From positions 672,001-736,000 of the forward strand of contig OZ252244.1 in NCBI GenBank assembly GCA_965249575.1: a stretch of DNA of 64,000 bases. The letters run 5' to 3'. Source of the stretch: Gemmatimonadales bacterium (GTDB lineage Bacteria; Gemmatimonadota; Gemmatimonadetes; Gemmatimonadales; GWC2-71-9). The translations under genes were made by a program, and so were the position numbers. The notes beneath the pieces were generated by a model. That model was given only the letters and a program-made list of their open reading frames with translations. It did no database searches and was not told the DNA's origin. Positions 9,150 through 19,581 of this stretch are shown here, piece after piece. Within the stretch, counting starts at the first letter, position 1. Every line of letters starts with the position of its first letter.

Positions 9150-10184
9150 CTGTTACAGGCACGACGGACCGCGGCACGCTGTCGAGCTCATCCAGCATCT
9201 GCACAAACAGCGGAACGGCGTCAGCGGGATCCCCGGCCAACTCGAGTCGCCATCCACCATGGCGAGCCAAATGTCCCAGTCGCGGCCGGATTGCGTCCCG
9301 GAAACGATCGAACCCCATCTCCAGGTCATCCGTTAGTGCGGACTCGATCTCCGCCGGCGCGACGCGGTGCGGTGCGCGGTGCTCCTGCCAGCGCCGCGCC
9401 TGAGCAAGCACACACCGGTCGTCCCCTCGACCGGCAGGGGACGCCGCTGTAGCGGTAGGTCGACCGCCGTTTTTCGCTTGCCGTTGGCGAGGACACGAGC
9501 TTCGATCGCCCGCAGCTCGGGGAAGCGCTCGCGCACATCTTCCGGCAGGTGAATGCGCCCGGGAACGCCCCAGACTCGAAACACCGGCTCGAGCTGGAGG
9601 TATGTCACGTCCTCGGAGAGCACTTCCAGTCCCGCGCGCGCGGCGGCGTAGCTGACGGTGCTCTTCCCCGTCCCACTCGGTCCGTGGAGGAGTAGCGCGG
9701 AGTTGCCTCGGACCAGCCCCGCCGCGTGCAGCGGATGACGATCGATTGCCGTAACCAGTACGAGCGTCAACGCTTCGAGCACGCCGTAACAGAAATGCGC
9801 TCGATCGGCTACGAGCGCCGGAGTGACATACGCGAACCCTTCCCGGCGTCCCACGTCCGCCATCGCAACGCTGCCCGGCGAGAGAACGATGAACCGGTCG
9901 TTGTCCGGCATGCGATACCGCAACTGCGCGATTTCCGTCTCGCCTTCGTCGCCGGGGTGTACGATCAGCCGAACTCGCAGGCTCCCGTTTGCCAGGAGGT
10001 CGGGACGCGTGTGCAGGCTGTGCCAGCAGCCGAACGACTCCTCGACTGCATCTCGCACGCTTTCGCTATTCGTCTCGAAGCGCACCGGGACGCCCATGAC
10101 TGGCACCTCGACCACCCAACCGAGGGGCACATCCCGATACAATCCATCGTGCGACGGCTCGAAATCCACTTGCCCAGGCGTCAA
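9150..10184 (-). CDS. HprK-related P-loop kinase, frameshifted near C-terminus (3' end approximate)
   Basis: LHAA, GPSGTGKST (Walker A) and SED motifs. A tandem GCGGT duplication at 9364-9373 shifts the frame; the protein-like tail continues in the 8767-9411 frame. Confidence 0.75.
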
Positions 10185-11296
10185 ACGCGGACCTCCCCCA
10201 TGGTCAACTCGGAGTATATCGATTCCACCTGGTTCGCGGTCCAGTCGGCGTCGTACTCGAGGGCACGGCAGTATGCACCCTTGGCAATACTCAGCCGGCG
10301 CTCTTCGTCCACGAGCAACCGATGTGCCTCCCGGCCCAGTGTCGCCGCGTCGTCAACCGGAACCGCCACGGCTGCGTCAGGAGCCCACTCACGGACGTGG
10401 CCGACCGCCGTGCCCACGGTGGGTACGCCCGCCACTGCCCCCTCCAGCATAACTACCGGCCCGGCCTCGTGTCGGGAGCTGACCACCAGAACGTCGGCCG
10501 CTTCGAACAGCGGCCGAAGATCTCGATGCGTGAGAAACCCTCGGAAACGGACGAGCACACCGGATTCCAACTCGGCGGCAGCACGCTGGATCGCGCCGTC
10601 CAACGTGTCTTCGCCAACGACGTCCAGCTCGCACGCGAGGCCGCGGCGGGCGACATCGGCCACCGCGGCCAGCAGCGTGCGCTGGTCCTTCACCCGATTG
10701 AGGCTGCCGACGTGCAAGAGCTTGGCCGGGAGCCTGGGGTCGCGCCGCCGAGGCTCGCGTGCGGGCCAACGGGCGAGATCGACGCCCAGCGGTAGCCGGC
10801 GAGCCTGCCGTCCCAGGGCAGCCGCCTCCTCCAGCAGGGGCGCGCTGGCAGCCGTCACTATCGCCGCACCGCCCAATGCGAGGCGTACAGCGATTCGTCC
10901 CCCGCGCGTCAGCCGCCCACCGTAGTCGATCTCGGGCATGGAAACCAGCTCGCCCCCTCCCAGATGTAGCAGCACCGGTCGACCGAGAGCCTCGCCTGCC
11001 AGCGCGGCGATCATGCCCGCAGGCGTGGCCCACAGCGCGTGGATCACGTCAAACCGACCCCGGCGGTGCTCCGCGACGATGCCGAGTATCGCGCGCGTTC
11101 CGACGGGCCGGGCCCCGATGTTGTGGACCGTCGCTCCCAGCAGCGGATAGGTGGTCGGCTTGGGCTCCTGGTACAGGGCAAACACATGCATCTCGTGACG
11201 CCGGGCGAGCCGCTCGATGAGCCACAGGAGCGCCGGCACCACCCGGACCTCACCACTCCGATCGACGCCGCCCGGCACCACCAAGGCGACCTTCAT
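10181..11296 (-). CDS. Glycosyltransferase family 4 (GT-B)
   Basis: Start MKVALVVPGG overlaps the upstream stop (ATGA); VGSLNRVKD and HEAGPVVMLEG motifs. Confidence 0.92.
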   Translation of the reverse strand: MKVALVVPGGVDRSGEVRVVPALLWLIERLARRHEMHVFALYQEPKPTTYPLLGATVHNIGARPVGTRAILGIVAEHRRGRFDVIHALWATPAGMIAALAGEALGRPVLLHLGGGELVSMPEIDYGGRLTRGGRIAVRLALGGAAIVTAASAPLLEEAAALGRQARRLPLGVDLARWPAREPRRRDPRLPAKLLHVGSLNRVKDQRTLLAAVADVARRGLACELDVVGEDTLDGAIQRAAAELESGVLVRFRGFLTHRDLRPLFEAADVLVVSSRHEAGPVVMLEGAVAGVPTVGTAVGHVREWAPDAAVAVPVDDAATLGREAHRLLVDEERRLSIAKGAYCRALEYDADWTANQVESIYSELTMGEVRV

Positions 11297-12498
11297 GTCG
11301 CCGCTACGACGGCGCGGTACGCACCGCACAGCTGGGCGCCGATCGCGTCGAACGAGAGCGTGCGCTCGAAATGCGCTCGCGTCTGCGCGCGGAGGACCGG
11401 ATCGAGCCGCGCACTCCATGAGACGAGGGCATCTGCCATCGCTTGGGAGTCGCCGTGAGGGACGAGAGCCCCCATCGAGCCGGCGCCCGTGATCCGGCGG
11501 AATGACGGAATGTCGGTCACCAATGGCGTGACGCCACACGCCATCGCTTCGATCACGCTGTATCCACTCCCTTCGAAATGGCTTCCGGACACCACAAGAT
11601 CCGTGGCTCGGAAGTACTGCTCCATTCTCGCGTGCGGAACGTCGCCCACCAGTGTCACCCGCTGCCGGAGCGCCGGATCAACTCCGATGCGTCGCCGCAC
11701 CTGATCGAGGAGTGGCGCCGACCGGTAGCACAGCCACAGGCGGGCCCCCGGGATGGCGGGCGCCGCTCGTGAGAGGGCGTCGAGCACCATCAGCGGATCC
11801 TTGTTCTCGTTCAGGTGCCCAACCCAGATGAGGCACGGGTCGCCACTGACGCCCGTAACCTGACGCGCCGCCGGCCGGTCGCCTGGAGAGAACCACGTCG
11901 AGCCCTCAATTACCTCGTACACCGGAATGTGAGGACGCAGCACCCGACCCTCGACGAAGGGGCGAGCCTGTTCCCGTGCCGTGAAGGCCACGCCGGCAAG
12001 CGGCGCGAGTCCCCATCGGTGCACGGCCCGGCGCCATCCAGGGAATGGCCGCGATGCGTGATCCTGCGCCAGAATCGGAATGCCAGGAGCCGCTCGCGCT
12101 AGGTACCTGGTCTGGAACGGGAATGAGAGTCCCTGGAGGTGAATCACATGGGGCTGGAGACTTGTCGCGCGGGAGAGAAGCCGCCGTGGACGCCGTGGGA
12201 TCCGGGGGCGCGGCGGAAAGGCGAAGAAGGGCGGTTCACCCTCGCTCACGAAGTAGAAGCGCACGCCGTCACGCTCGAGCACGGCATCCGTGTGCGCCGC
12301 CTGAACGACAGCCACATCGGTTCCCGCCCGCTGCACAGCACGAGCGACTTCATGCAAGGTGGGCCATGCCTCCATCAGCTCGGCCGGCGCGCGCTGCAAC
12401 GTGTCCCGGAAAAAACTCACGTGCACGGCGAGCTGCCGAGACCGATCGGAGTCGGCCTGGAGAGCGGTAGCTGGTATCACCGGTGTTCTATCCGTCAC
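11293..12498 (-). CDS. Glycosyltransferase family 4 (GT-B)
   Basis: VGHLNENKD and EGSGYSVIEAMACG motifs. Confidence 0.92.
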   Translation of the reverse strand: MTDRTPVIPATALQADSDRSRQLAVHVSFFRDTLQRAPAELMEAWPTLHEVARAVQRAGTDVAVVQAAHTDAVLERDGVRFYFVSEGEPPFFAFPPRPRIPRRPRRLLSRATSLQPHVIHLQGLSFPFQTRYLARAAPGIPILAQDHASRPFPGWRRAVHRWGLAPLAGVAFTAREQARPFVEGRVLRPHIPVYEVIEGSTWFSPGDRPAARQVTGVSGDPCLIWVGHLNENKDPLMVLDALSRAAPAIPGARLWLCYRSAPLLDQVRRRIGVDPALRQRVTLVGDVPHARMEQYFRATDLVVSGSHFEGSGYSVIEAMACGVTPLVTDIPSFRRITGAGSMGALVPHGDSQAMADALVSWSARLDPVLRAQTRAHFERTLSFDAIGAQLCGAYRAVVAAT

Positions 12499-14080
12499 CC
12501 AGAGGGCACGCCGCAGCCGGCACGATTCGCCGGACCTCGATTTTCCCGTAAGTCCGATCCGTCCGCTCGCCGCCCCGCCGCGTGCAGTTCTGCAGGAGAT
12601 TCGTCACACCTGCGGCGAATTCGTCTGCGGATCTCTCGAGATCACTCCGCACGTCCGCATCGACGACAACGTACTCGACGCCGGCGGCCTGAATGAATTC
12701 GGCCACGGTGTGCCCGCTCCGGGGCGCGGTTGAGCGCGCCAACCACTGCAATCGGAGGTTGTGCAGGGCTACATAGTCACGCCCGCGTAGGGCCCACGCC
12801 CAACGGGCCGACCCTGCAACCTTGGCGCCGCCCGGTAACAAGCCTCCGACCGAACGGCCGACCACACCGTAATCACTGATGCCGGCGGACGAGCGCCGAT
12901 CGTACCAGTAGGCTCCGAGGCCTTCAACGGCTACCGCACACATCAGGCCAACCCCGAAGAGGGCAGCGGCCTTCCACCACCCGGTCCCGCGCGCCAGCGC
13001 TCGTTTCGCCAGCGCCACGACGCCCAATGCCGCAACAATGCAGATCGAAGGCCAGAACACGAAAGCGTACAGCGTAGCCTTTGTCGTTTCCAGGAAAGCG
13101 AACAGGACCACGGGAACCACCAGTGTGAGCGCGACCAGGCGGTCTCCGACGTCGCGACCACCGCGCACTCTGGTCCACAGAACAGCTAGAGCCGGCCAAA
13201 TCCCGACCAGCAGGACCCAGCGCCCCAGCCGTGGCTCCAGGCGCCGCAGATAGCGAAGCGGTTCACGAGTGATCCCGTCTAACAGTGCCTCAACACCGGC
13301 TGACGGCAAACGCGCCGGGAACGCATGGCGAACTTGATCGGCGGCGTCGTGCCAATGGCTCGCGACGTGCACGGCGTATGGCAGCAGCACCACGGCGAAC
13401 CCGCCAGCCATCCATCGGATGGTTGGCTCACGCAATCCCTTCACGCCGAATTGCCACAGCCACGCCGCGCCGATGACCAGGATGACGAAGAAACCGTAGA
13501 ACTGGGTGAGCGTGGCGATCCCCGCACACGCACCGGTTCCAAGGGCCGCGAGCCAACCACTCCGGCGAAACGTGGTGTCGGCAAGCAGAAGAGCCACCCA
13601 CATCCACATGACCGCGGTGAGGTCGTACCTGGCCGACCGAGCCACCGAGAGTAGCGGAACCCCGAGATCCATCGCGACCACGTGGGACCGCCATAGGATC
13701 ATGAGGCCGCCGGTCAGCACCGCCACCGCGACGCCGTACCATCGCATGGCCAGTAACGTGACGGCCCACACCAATGCGACGCCACTGGCCACCGACACCC
13801 AGCGCGCTACCGCGATTCCGGGACCGAAGAGCCGGAAGGCACTGGCTTGGAGCACATGATGGCCCGGGAGATTGAGGAAGTAATGGTCTTCGGCACGAAA
13901 GAAGCCGGCGTACAAGTCCGCACCAAGAACGCCCTGTGTCGCGAGCTTGTGCGATACAGAAGCGATCCAGGCTTCATCGCCCGTGACCGGGCGCACACGA
14001 TCCAGATCCATGGCCGCTGACCAAACGAAGAACACGCTCAGGGCCAGCAGCCAAAGGAGGAGGAGCCGTCGGGAAATCAC
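12488..14080 (-). CDS. ArnT/GT39-like (GT-C) polytopic membrane glycosyltransferase
   Basis: DE motif after the first TM helix, ARYD motif, many hydrophobic helices, soluble C-terminal domain. Confidence 0.8.
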   Translation of the reverse strand: MISRRLLLLWLLALSVFFVWSAAMDLDRVRPVTGDEAWIASVSHKLATQGVLGADLYAGFFRAEDHYFLNLPGHHVLQASAFRLFGPGIAVARWVSVASGVALVWAVTLLAMRWYGVAVAVLTGGLMILWRSHVVAMDLGVPLLSVARSARYDLTAVMWMWVALLLADTTFRRSGWLAALGTGACAGIATLTQFYGFFVILVIGAAWLWQFGVKGLREPTIRWMAGGFAVVLLPYAVHVASHWHDAADQVRHAFPARLPSAGVEALLDGITREPLRYLRRLEPRLGRWVLLVGIWPALAVLWTRVRGGRDVGDRLVALTLVVPVVLFAFLETTKATLYAFVFWPSICIVAALGVVALAKRALARGTGWWKAAALFGVGLMCAVAVEGLGAYWYDRRSSAGISDYGVVGRSVGGLLPGGAKVAGSARWAWALRGRDYVALHNLRLQWLARSTAPRSGHTVAEFIQAAGVEYVVVDADVRSDLERSADEFAAGVTNLLQNCTRRGGERTDRTYGKIEVRRIVPAAACPLGDG

Positions 14081-15063
14081 TGAGTTTCGCCCGAGTCGCG
14101 TCCCTCACTGAGGCGCGTTTCGGGAACGTCAGTTACCCGCCGACGAAGCGAAGCCGAGAGTAATCCCGAGAGAGATGTCCTCGCGAGCGCCCGCCACCAC
14201 CGCGGATTCCAAGGACGATACCGGAACGAGGCCGCGAGAACGCCGAAGGCGCGGGCGGTCGCACCGGAAAGCCGGAGTTGGCTTGCGTGATACACGGCGT
14301 AGTGAGCTCGCTGTCGATTGCAGAGCTTGCGAATGGCGCGGGGCGGGTTCTGGGCCCGCAGGAACTTCGTGTAGACCTGGACGAACGCCTCGTTGACCTC
14401 TGGCCGGCCTCTCGTGTTGTTCCCTGCATGCAGCCGAACCCGTGACAACCGTTGCGGCACGGCTCGTGCTCGGCTGCAAGCCGCCAGTCGAAGCCACAGA
14501 TCGTAGTCCTCGCTGAACCGAAGCGCTTCGTCGAACCTTCCGGCGTCTTCGATCAGACGAAGCTTCGCCAGCACGGTCGGACACGCGACCATCGCCTCGT
14601 GTGCCAGGAGTGCCTCGACGATGTCTCCGGAGCGTGGCTTCCAAGCCCTGAAGCGCGATTTCGGAAGTACACGGCCGCCGTCATCAATCAGCTCAACATC
14701 GGTGTAGCTCCAGCCGCACTCGGGATGCCTCAGGAGATCGGCAACTTGGATTTCCAGCTTTCGCGCATCCCAGAGATCATCGGAGTCTAGAAAGGCGACC
14801 AGATCGCCGGTCGCAGCCGCCAAGCCCGCGTTTCGTACGCGGGCTGGAACACCCGAATGCGGTAGCGAGATGGTGCGGACGCGTGGATCAGCGACATCGC
14901 GAAGGTAGTCGGTGGTCGCGTCGGTCGAGCCGTCGTCGATCACGATCAACTCCCACGAGGACCACGTCTGGGCGAGCACGGAGGCCACACACGCCTCGAG
15001 ATACTCGGCGCGGTTGAAGGTCGGCACGACGACGGACACCAGCGGCTCTGGTGTCATCGTCAC
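14077..15063 (-). CDS. Glycosyltransferase family 2
   Basis: VSVVVPTFNR, DDGSTD, FLDSDD and SEDYDLW motifs. Confidence 0.95.
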   Translation of the reverse strand: MTMTPEPLVSVVVPTFNRAEYLEACVASVLAQTWSSWELIVIDDGSTDATTDYLRDVADPRVRTISLPHSGVPARVRNAGLAAATGDLVAFLDSDDLWDARKLEIQVADLLRHPECGWSYTDVELIDDGGRVLPKSRFRAWKPRSGDIVEALLAHEAMVACPTVLAKLRLIEDAGRFDEALRFSEDYDLWLRLAACSRARAVPQRLSRVRLHAGNNTRGRPEVNEAFVQVYTKFLRAQNPPRAIRKLCNRQRAHYAVYHASQLRLSGATARAFGVLAASFRYRPWNPRWWRALARTSLSGLLSASLRRRVTDVPETRLSEGRDSGETQ

Positions 15064-15195
15064 GCGACCGGAAAGATCACGAGCGTCGCGAGCATGACTC
15101 TCCCTTGACTGCCACCCGCCAATAGTATCCGGGCTGACCGTGCCGGGAAGCTATTTTCCAAACTCGAGCGTAACGCATAGTCGGATGCTTCGGGG

Positions 15196-15532
15196 ATGGC
15201 TCGTCCGCGATCGACGCTCCATGGAGGCACTCTGCCCGCTGACAATCAGGCACGCGTCGAGCGTTGGCAACGGCACGGGGACCCAAGCGTCCTCTGGCCT
15301 GACGTTTCCGAGCCAGCTCGTAGGCGTGCCCTGGAACGCATCGAGGCTGTCGCCCGACACCTCCTAACGGGCGCCCCGGGGACTCCCCCGCTAAGGGGGA
15401 ATGGCGACGTCCACCCAAAAGCAATCGGGATCGCCGCATTCTCTTCGGCGACCGGACCGCTGCTGGGCTATTGGATCGAGCGGAAGCAACTCGCCTCCGA
15501 TTCCACGACCACCGCGCTCCTCACTCGCCACC
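15196..15532 (+). pseudogene. N-terminal fragment of a putative nucleotidyltransferase-family protein
   Basis: Protein-like ORF (LWPD...GPLLGYWIERKQL...LLTRH) that runs abruptly into antisense MFS sequence. Family assignment is from recalled resemblance only. Confidence 0.45.
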
Positions 15533-15940
15533 GCGCCGGGAACGCCAACGACGAACGTGAGCGCCCAGAGCGAGGGCCCGAAGACCAGGGTCCAGAATGA
15601 CAGTATCCGGTACAAACCAAAGCGCGCCGCCAGCTCCCCGCTCCCGAAGATGAGCACGGCGGTCACCGCGTGCGACAGACCGAACACCCAGCCGATTCGG
15701 TCGACAGAGAGATCGTGGACTCGCGCGAAATACAGGTTAAAGAACGGCTGGACGAGGGCCGGGGCCGTCATCCACAGCAGCACCAGGCCGATGAGTACCA
15801 AGAAGGGCAATGAACGGAACCCGCTCCATCGCAGCTCTCGGGCGCCGGTATCCGAAACCGGTACCGGTGTAACGCCCGCGGTTTGGTCGCGCCCACCGGT
15901 CACCGCGAACAGCGCGGCGCTCGCGGCTGTACCTGCCGCG
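15526..15940 (-). pseudogene. Internal fragment of an MFS transporter
   Basis: About 135 codons of TM helices (PFFNLYFARVHDLS..IGWVFG..GELAARFG) with no native start or end. Confidence 0.7.
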
Positions 15941-15941
15941 G

Positions 15942-17810
15942 GCGTCGCTCGCGCCCCTTCGACCGAGCCAAATCGGTTTTGCACTCTCGGCGCTCGAAGC
16001 AGCGGATCTCGAACGCGAGCCGACGCTGCACCTGGCCGAAGCCCTCACGCGTCTCCCCAGCATCTCGCTGGACGAGGCAGCGGGACCCGGCGGGCCGACA
16101 GTCCTACGCATTCGAGGAGGCGAGGAGGTATTCGGTCAGATCCTCATGGACGGTGTTCGCATCAACCAGAACGGCGGTTTTTTCGACTTTCAAGGGTTCA
16201 CACTGACCAACGTCAATCGGATCGAGGTGACCCGAGGCCCGCACAGCGCGCTGTACGGGTCCTCAGCGGTGAGCGGCGTCATTCAGTTCATGACGCGCGC
16301 CGGCCAGCCGGGGCCTGCCCGTTTCGAGCTCCTGTCCGAGGGTGGCGGAGCGACTGAGTCCGGAGGGACCTTCCGAGGCTCGCTGAGCGTGAGCGGCGGT
16401 ACGCCCGCCGTCCGATACTCGACGGGGCTCGGCCTGGCGTACGACCGCGGCATCTACGACGTGGCGCACGACACGTGGACCCGCGACGCTTCTGTGCGGC
16501 TCGACGCGACGGTAGTACCCGGGTTGGAGGTCGTGGGCGTCGCACGCAACGTCGACGTGGATGCCAACCTTCCGGTCCGGGACCCTGGGGCCACCCGGGT
16601 CGCGTTGGATCCGAATGCCCGGAATGAACGCAACCGGTTGGTTTCATCGCTGTCGGCGAAGCTCTTCCCAAACTCCGATTGGCGTCACGACCTGTCGGTC
16701 TCGCTCTACCGCGAACGATTCATCTTCGATGACCAGCAAGACGGAGTCCCGGATCCTTCGCAGCTGGGGTTCTTCGTGTTCGACGCAAACTTTACCCTCA
16801 ATAGCCTGCTCCGCCGAGTCGCGGTGGAGTATGTTGGCCGCAAGTCCCTCGGGTTGCCGAACCGGAACACGCTGGTCTTTTCCTACGGCGGCCGACTCGA
16901 GCGGGAGGACCTCGACGACGAGACCAGCGGCGATTTCGGTGACGGCCAGCTGGGACTCGATCGATCCAGCCGGGCGCTCTTCGCCGAGATTCACTCGGAG
17001 CTCGGGCCCGTCAGTTTGTTAGCCGGCACTAGACTGGAGAAGTCCGAGGGGCTCGACGCCGAGTTCACACCGCGAGCCAGCGTCGTGATCGGTTTGGCTC
17101 CAGGAGTGCTGTCGCTGCGGGGAGCGGTCGGGCGGGCGTTCAAGGCCCCGAATCTGCAGCAGCAGTTCCTCGACAACCCGTTCATCGTCTCCAACCCCGA
17201 TCTCGTGGCCGAAACGAGTACCAGTTGGGAAGTCGGCGTGACAGCTCATACGCTCGATCGGCGGGTGTCGGGCGGTGTCGCGTATTTCCGGCAGTCGTTC
17301 AACGATCTGATACGGTCCGTTGGCATCGCGGGATCCAGCCAGCAGATCAATCGCAACCTCGGCAAGAGTCGCGCGCAGGGCATCGAAGCCGAGGTAACCA
17401 TGCAGTCGGCCGGCAGTTGGGCCGTTGGGCTGAGCGGTGCTTGGGTTGACACCGAAATCCTCGACAACGTTGGGCTCTCACCGGCGGAGTATCCGGTGGG
17501 TGCTTCACTGCCGTTTCGTCCGAGCTTTGTCGCGAGCGGGTTCGTCGAGTTGCCGATCCACGAGCGAATCTCGACCGTGGTCCGTGGTACGGCGGTCGGA
17601 AAGCAAACGGTGCTGACCGAACGCTTCTCGGGACAGCGCGCGGACATCGAGGAGTACTTCCTGTTAGGAGTGACTTTCCGGTACCGAGCGGCCGCCTGGG
17701 CTGACCTCTACCTCCGGGCAGAGAACCTCCTCGACGTGGATTACGAAACGGCCTTCGACCGGCGGGGCATTCCGGCAACGATGGCCGCAGGCGTGCGCAT
17801 CAATCGGTAG
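15942..17810 (+). CDS. TonB-dependent receptor (BtuB-like), 5' end missing
   Basis: Frame is open upstream of ATG 16146 (ASLAPLRPSQIGFALS...LRIRGG). Plug motif RIEVTRGPHSALYGSSAVSGVI and C-terminal ENLLDVDY; no signal peptide before the junction. Confidence 0.9.
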   Translation, partial: ASLAPLRPSQIGFALSALEAADLEREPTLHLAEALTRLPSISLDEAAGPGGPTVLRIRGGEEVFGQILMDGVRINQNGGFFDFQGFTLTNVNRIEVTRGPHSALYGSSAVSGVIQFMTRAGQPGPARFELLSEGGGATESGGTFRGSLSVSGGTPAVRYSTGLGLAYDRGIYDVAHDTWTRDASVRLDATVVPGLEVVGVARNVDVDANLPVRDPGATRVALDPNARNERNRLVSSLSAKLFPNSDWRHDLSVSLYRERFIFDDQQDGVPDPSQLGFFVFDANFTLNSLLRRVAVEYVGRKSLGLPNRNTLVFSYGGRLEREDLDDETSGDFGDGQLGLDRSSRALFAEIHSELGPVSLLAGTRLEKSEGLDAEFTPRASVVIGLAPGVLSLRGAVGRAFKAPNLQQQFLDNPFIVSNPDLVAETSTSWEVGVTAHTLDRRVSGGVAYFRQSFNDLIRSVGIAGSSQQINRNLGKSRAQGIEAEVTMQSAGSWAVGLSGAWVDTEILDNVGLSPAEYPVGASLPFRPSFVASGFVELPIHERISTVVRGTAVGKQTVLTERFSGQRADIEEYFLLGVTFRYRAAAWADLYLRAENLLDVDYETAFDRRGIPATMAAGVRINR

Positions 17811-17815
17811 TATCG

Positions 17816-18490
17816 CTAAGGATCGGGTTCCGCCCGAGCGGCGCCGGGGATCGGCTCGCGCGACGGCGGGGCCCGGCCCGGCCGGGCCGTCTTGACCCGC
17901 ACCCGTTTACTCCAGCGAACGCGCATCGCCAGCAGGGTCACCAGGATCAAGCCGTAGGTGACGGGTAGCCGGACATCGGCCTTTACCAGCCACAGGTAGT
18001 GCAGGATGCCGGCGGCGGCGGCCACGTAGACCAGTCGGTGCAACTGGCTCCAACGCTTCCCGCCCAACCGCTTGACCATCTTCTTGGTCGACGTCACCGC
18101 AAGAGGGATGAGTAGCAGGAAGCTGGTGAATCCCACCGTGATGAACGGCCGCTTGGCCACGTCGTCCACGATGTCGGCGAGCGAAAAGAATTGGTCGAGA
18201 ACCAGGTAGGTCGAGAAATGGAACGCTGCGTAGAAGAACGCGAAGAGACCCAACATGCGTCGGAATTGGATCAGGTCGCTCCATCGAAGCAATCGCCGCG
18301 CCGGGGTGATGGCCAACGTGATCAGCAGGAAACGGAGCGTCCAGTCACCCGTACGGTGAGTGATGTCCTCGATGGGATTCGCACTCAGGTTCCCGGCGAC
18401 CGCGTCCCACGCGAGCCATGCGAAAGGCACGAGCGCGATGGAGAAGACCACCGGCTTGACAACGAGCCGGATGGCGCGGCTGCGAGCCAT
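17816..18490 (-). CDS. msrQ: Methionine sulfoxide reductase heme-binding membrane subunit
   Basis: TGDWTLRFL, RRMLGL and WSQLHRLVY motifs; adjacent to msrP. Confidence 0.95.
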   Translation of the reverse strand: MARSRAIRLVVKPVVFSIALVPFAWLAWDAVAGNLSANPIEDITHRTGDWTLRFLLITLAITPARRLLRWSDLIQFRRMLGLFAFFYAAFHFSTYLVLDQFFSLADIVDDVAKRPFITVGFTSFLLLIPLAVTSTKKMVKRLGGKRWSQLHRLVYVAAAAGILHYLWLVKADVRLPVTYGLILVTLLAMRVRWSKRVRVKTARPGRAPPSREPIPGAARAEPDP

Positions 18491-18498
18491 GGGGGCGC

Positions 18499-19452
18499 TC
18501 AGTAGTTGCGGCGCAAGTCCATGCCACGGTAGAGGTGCGCCACCTCATTGGCGTAGCCGTTGAACGGGAGGGTTTTCCGCTTCAAGAACTCGCCAATCCG
18601 CCGCTCCCGCTTTTGGCTCCAGCGGGGATGATCGACCTCGGGATTGACGTTCGAGTAGAAACCGTACTCCCCTGGGTTCGCGGCCTGCCAAGTGTTTATC
18701 GGCTGCTGCGCGACGAGCCGGATCCGCACGATCGACTTGGCACTCTTGAATCCGTACTTCCAGGGGACAACGAGGCGGATAGGGGCACCGTTCTGATTGA
18801 GTAATTCCTTGCCATAGAGACCCGTGGCCAAGATGGCCAGGGGGTGCATGGCCTCGTCCATACGCAACCCCTCGAGGTAGGGCCATTCGAGTATCGGCCG
18901 GCGTTGTCCCGGCATCTGCTCAGGATCGTGGAGAGTGTAGAGCTCGACAAATCTCGCCTTGGAGGTCGGCTCGACCCGCTTGAGGAGGTCGCCGAGCGGG
19001 AACCCCAGCCAGGGGACGACCATCGACCAGGCTTCGACGCATCGCAGCCGATAGGTGCGTTCCTCTCTCGGGTGATGCGCCAGGATATCGTCGATATCGA
19101 ACGTCGCGGGCTTGTGCACCTCGCCATCGACGTCGAGCGTCCACGGTCGGGTTCTGAGAGAACCAGCGTATTTCTTGGGATCGGACTTGGCCGTCCCGAA
19201 CTCGTAGAAATTGTTGTAGCTGGTAATCGCCTCGAACGACGTCAGCTTTTCGTCTCCCGCCGCCGCTCGGCCTCCCCGGCTCTGCGGAGCCGAGGCAAGT
19301 AGCTCCGGGGTGGCGAGCCAAGGAGTCGCCATGCCCGCGGCGGTGGCGAGCCCCGCACCAGCCGCGCGACGGATGAACTGCCGACGGTCTACGTAGAGCT
19401 GTTCGTCGGTAATCTGTGAAGCAGCGATATCGGCCGCTCGCTTGATGAGCAT
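18499..19452 (-). CDS. msrP: Periplasmic Mo-dependent methionine sulfoxide reductase catalytic subunit
   Basis: Tat motif [27 protein letters not shown] and [11 protein letters not shown] motifs. Confidence 0.97.
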   Translation of the reverse strand: MLIKRAADIAASQITDEQLYVDRRQFIRRAAGAGLATAAGMATPWLATPELLASAPQSRGGRAAAGDEKLTSFEAITSYNNFYEFGTAKSDPKKYAGSLRTRPWTLDVDGEVHKPATFDIDDILAHHPREERTYRLRCVEAWSMVVPWLGFPLGDLLKRVEPTSKARFVELYTLHDPEQMPGQRRPILEWPYLEGLRMDEAMHPLAILATGLYGKELLNQNGAPIRLVVPWKYGFKSAKSIVRIRLVAQQPINTWQAANPGEYGFYSNVNPEVDHPRWSQKRERRIGEFLKRKTLPFNGYANEVAHLYRGMDLRRNY

Positions 19453-19581
19453 CGTGAGTCTCCTAAAAGGGACCGCGCAATCGTCGTTCCTTCGTACGAC
19501 GGGACGGCTCTAGGGGTTCCAATCCTTAGAACCTTCTAATATGGGGAAGGACGCCCCCAGGACCGGCCGCTGCGGGCCAGA

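Noticed and set aside
15060..15245. Small ORFs near the glyco-kinase cluster as RiPP precursors
   Set aside because: No lasso leader pattern or RBS support; they overlap the divergent promoter and the neighbouring gene.
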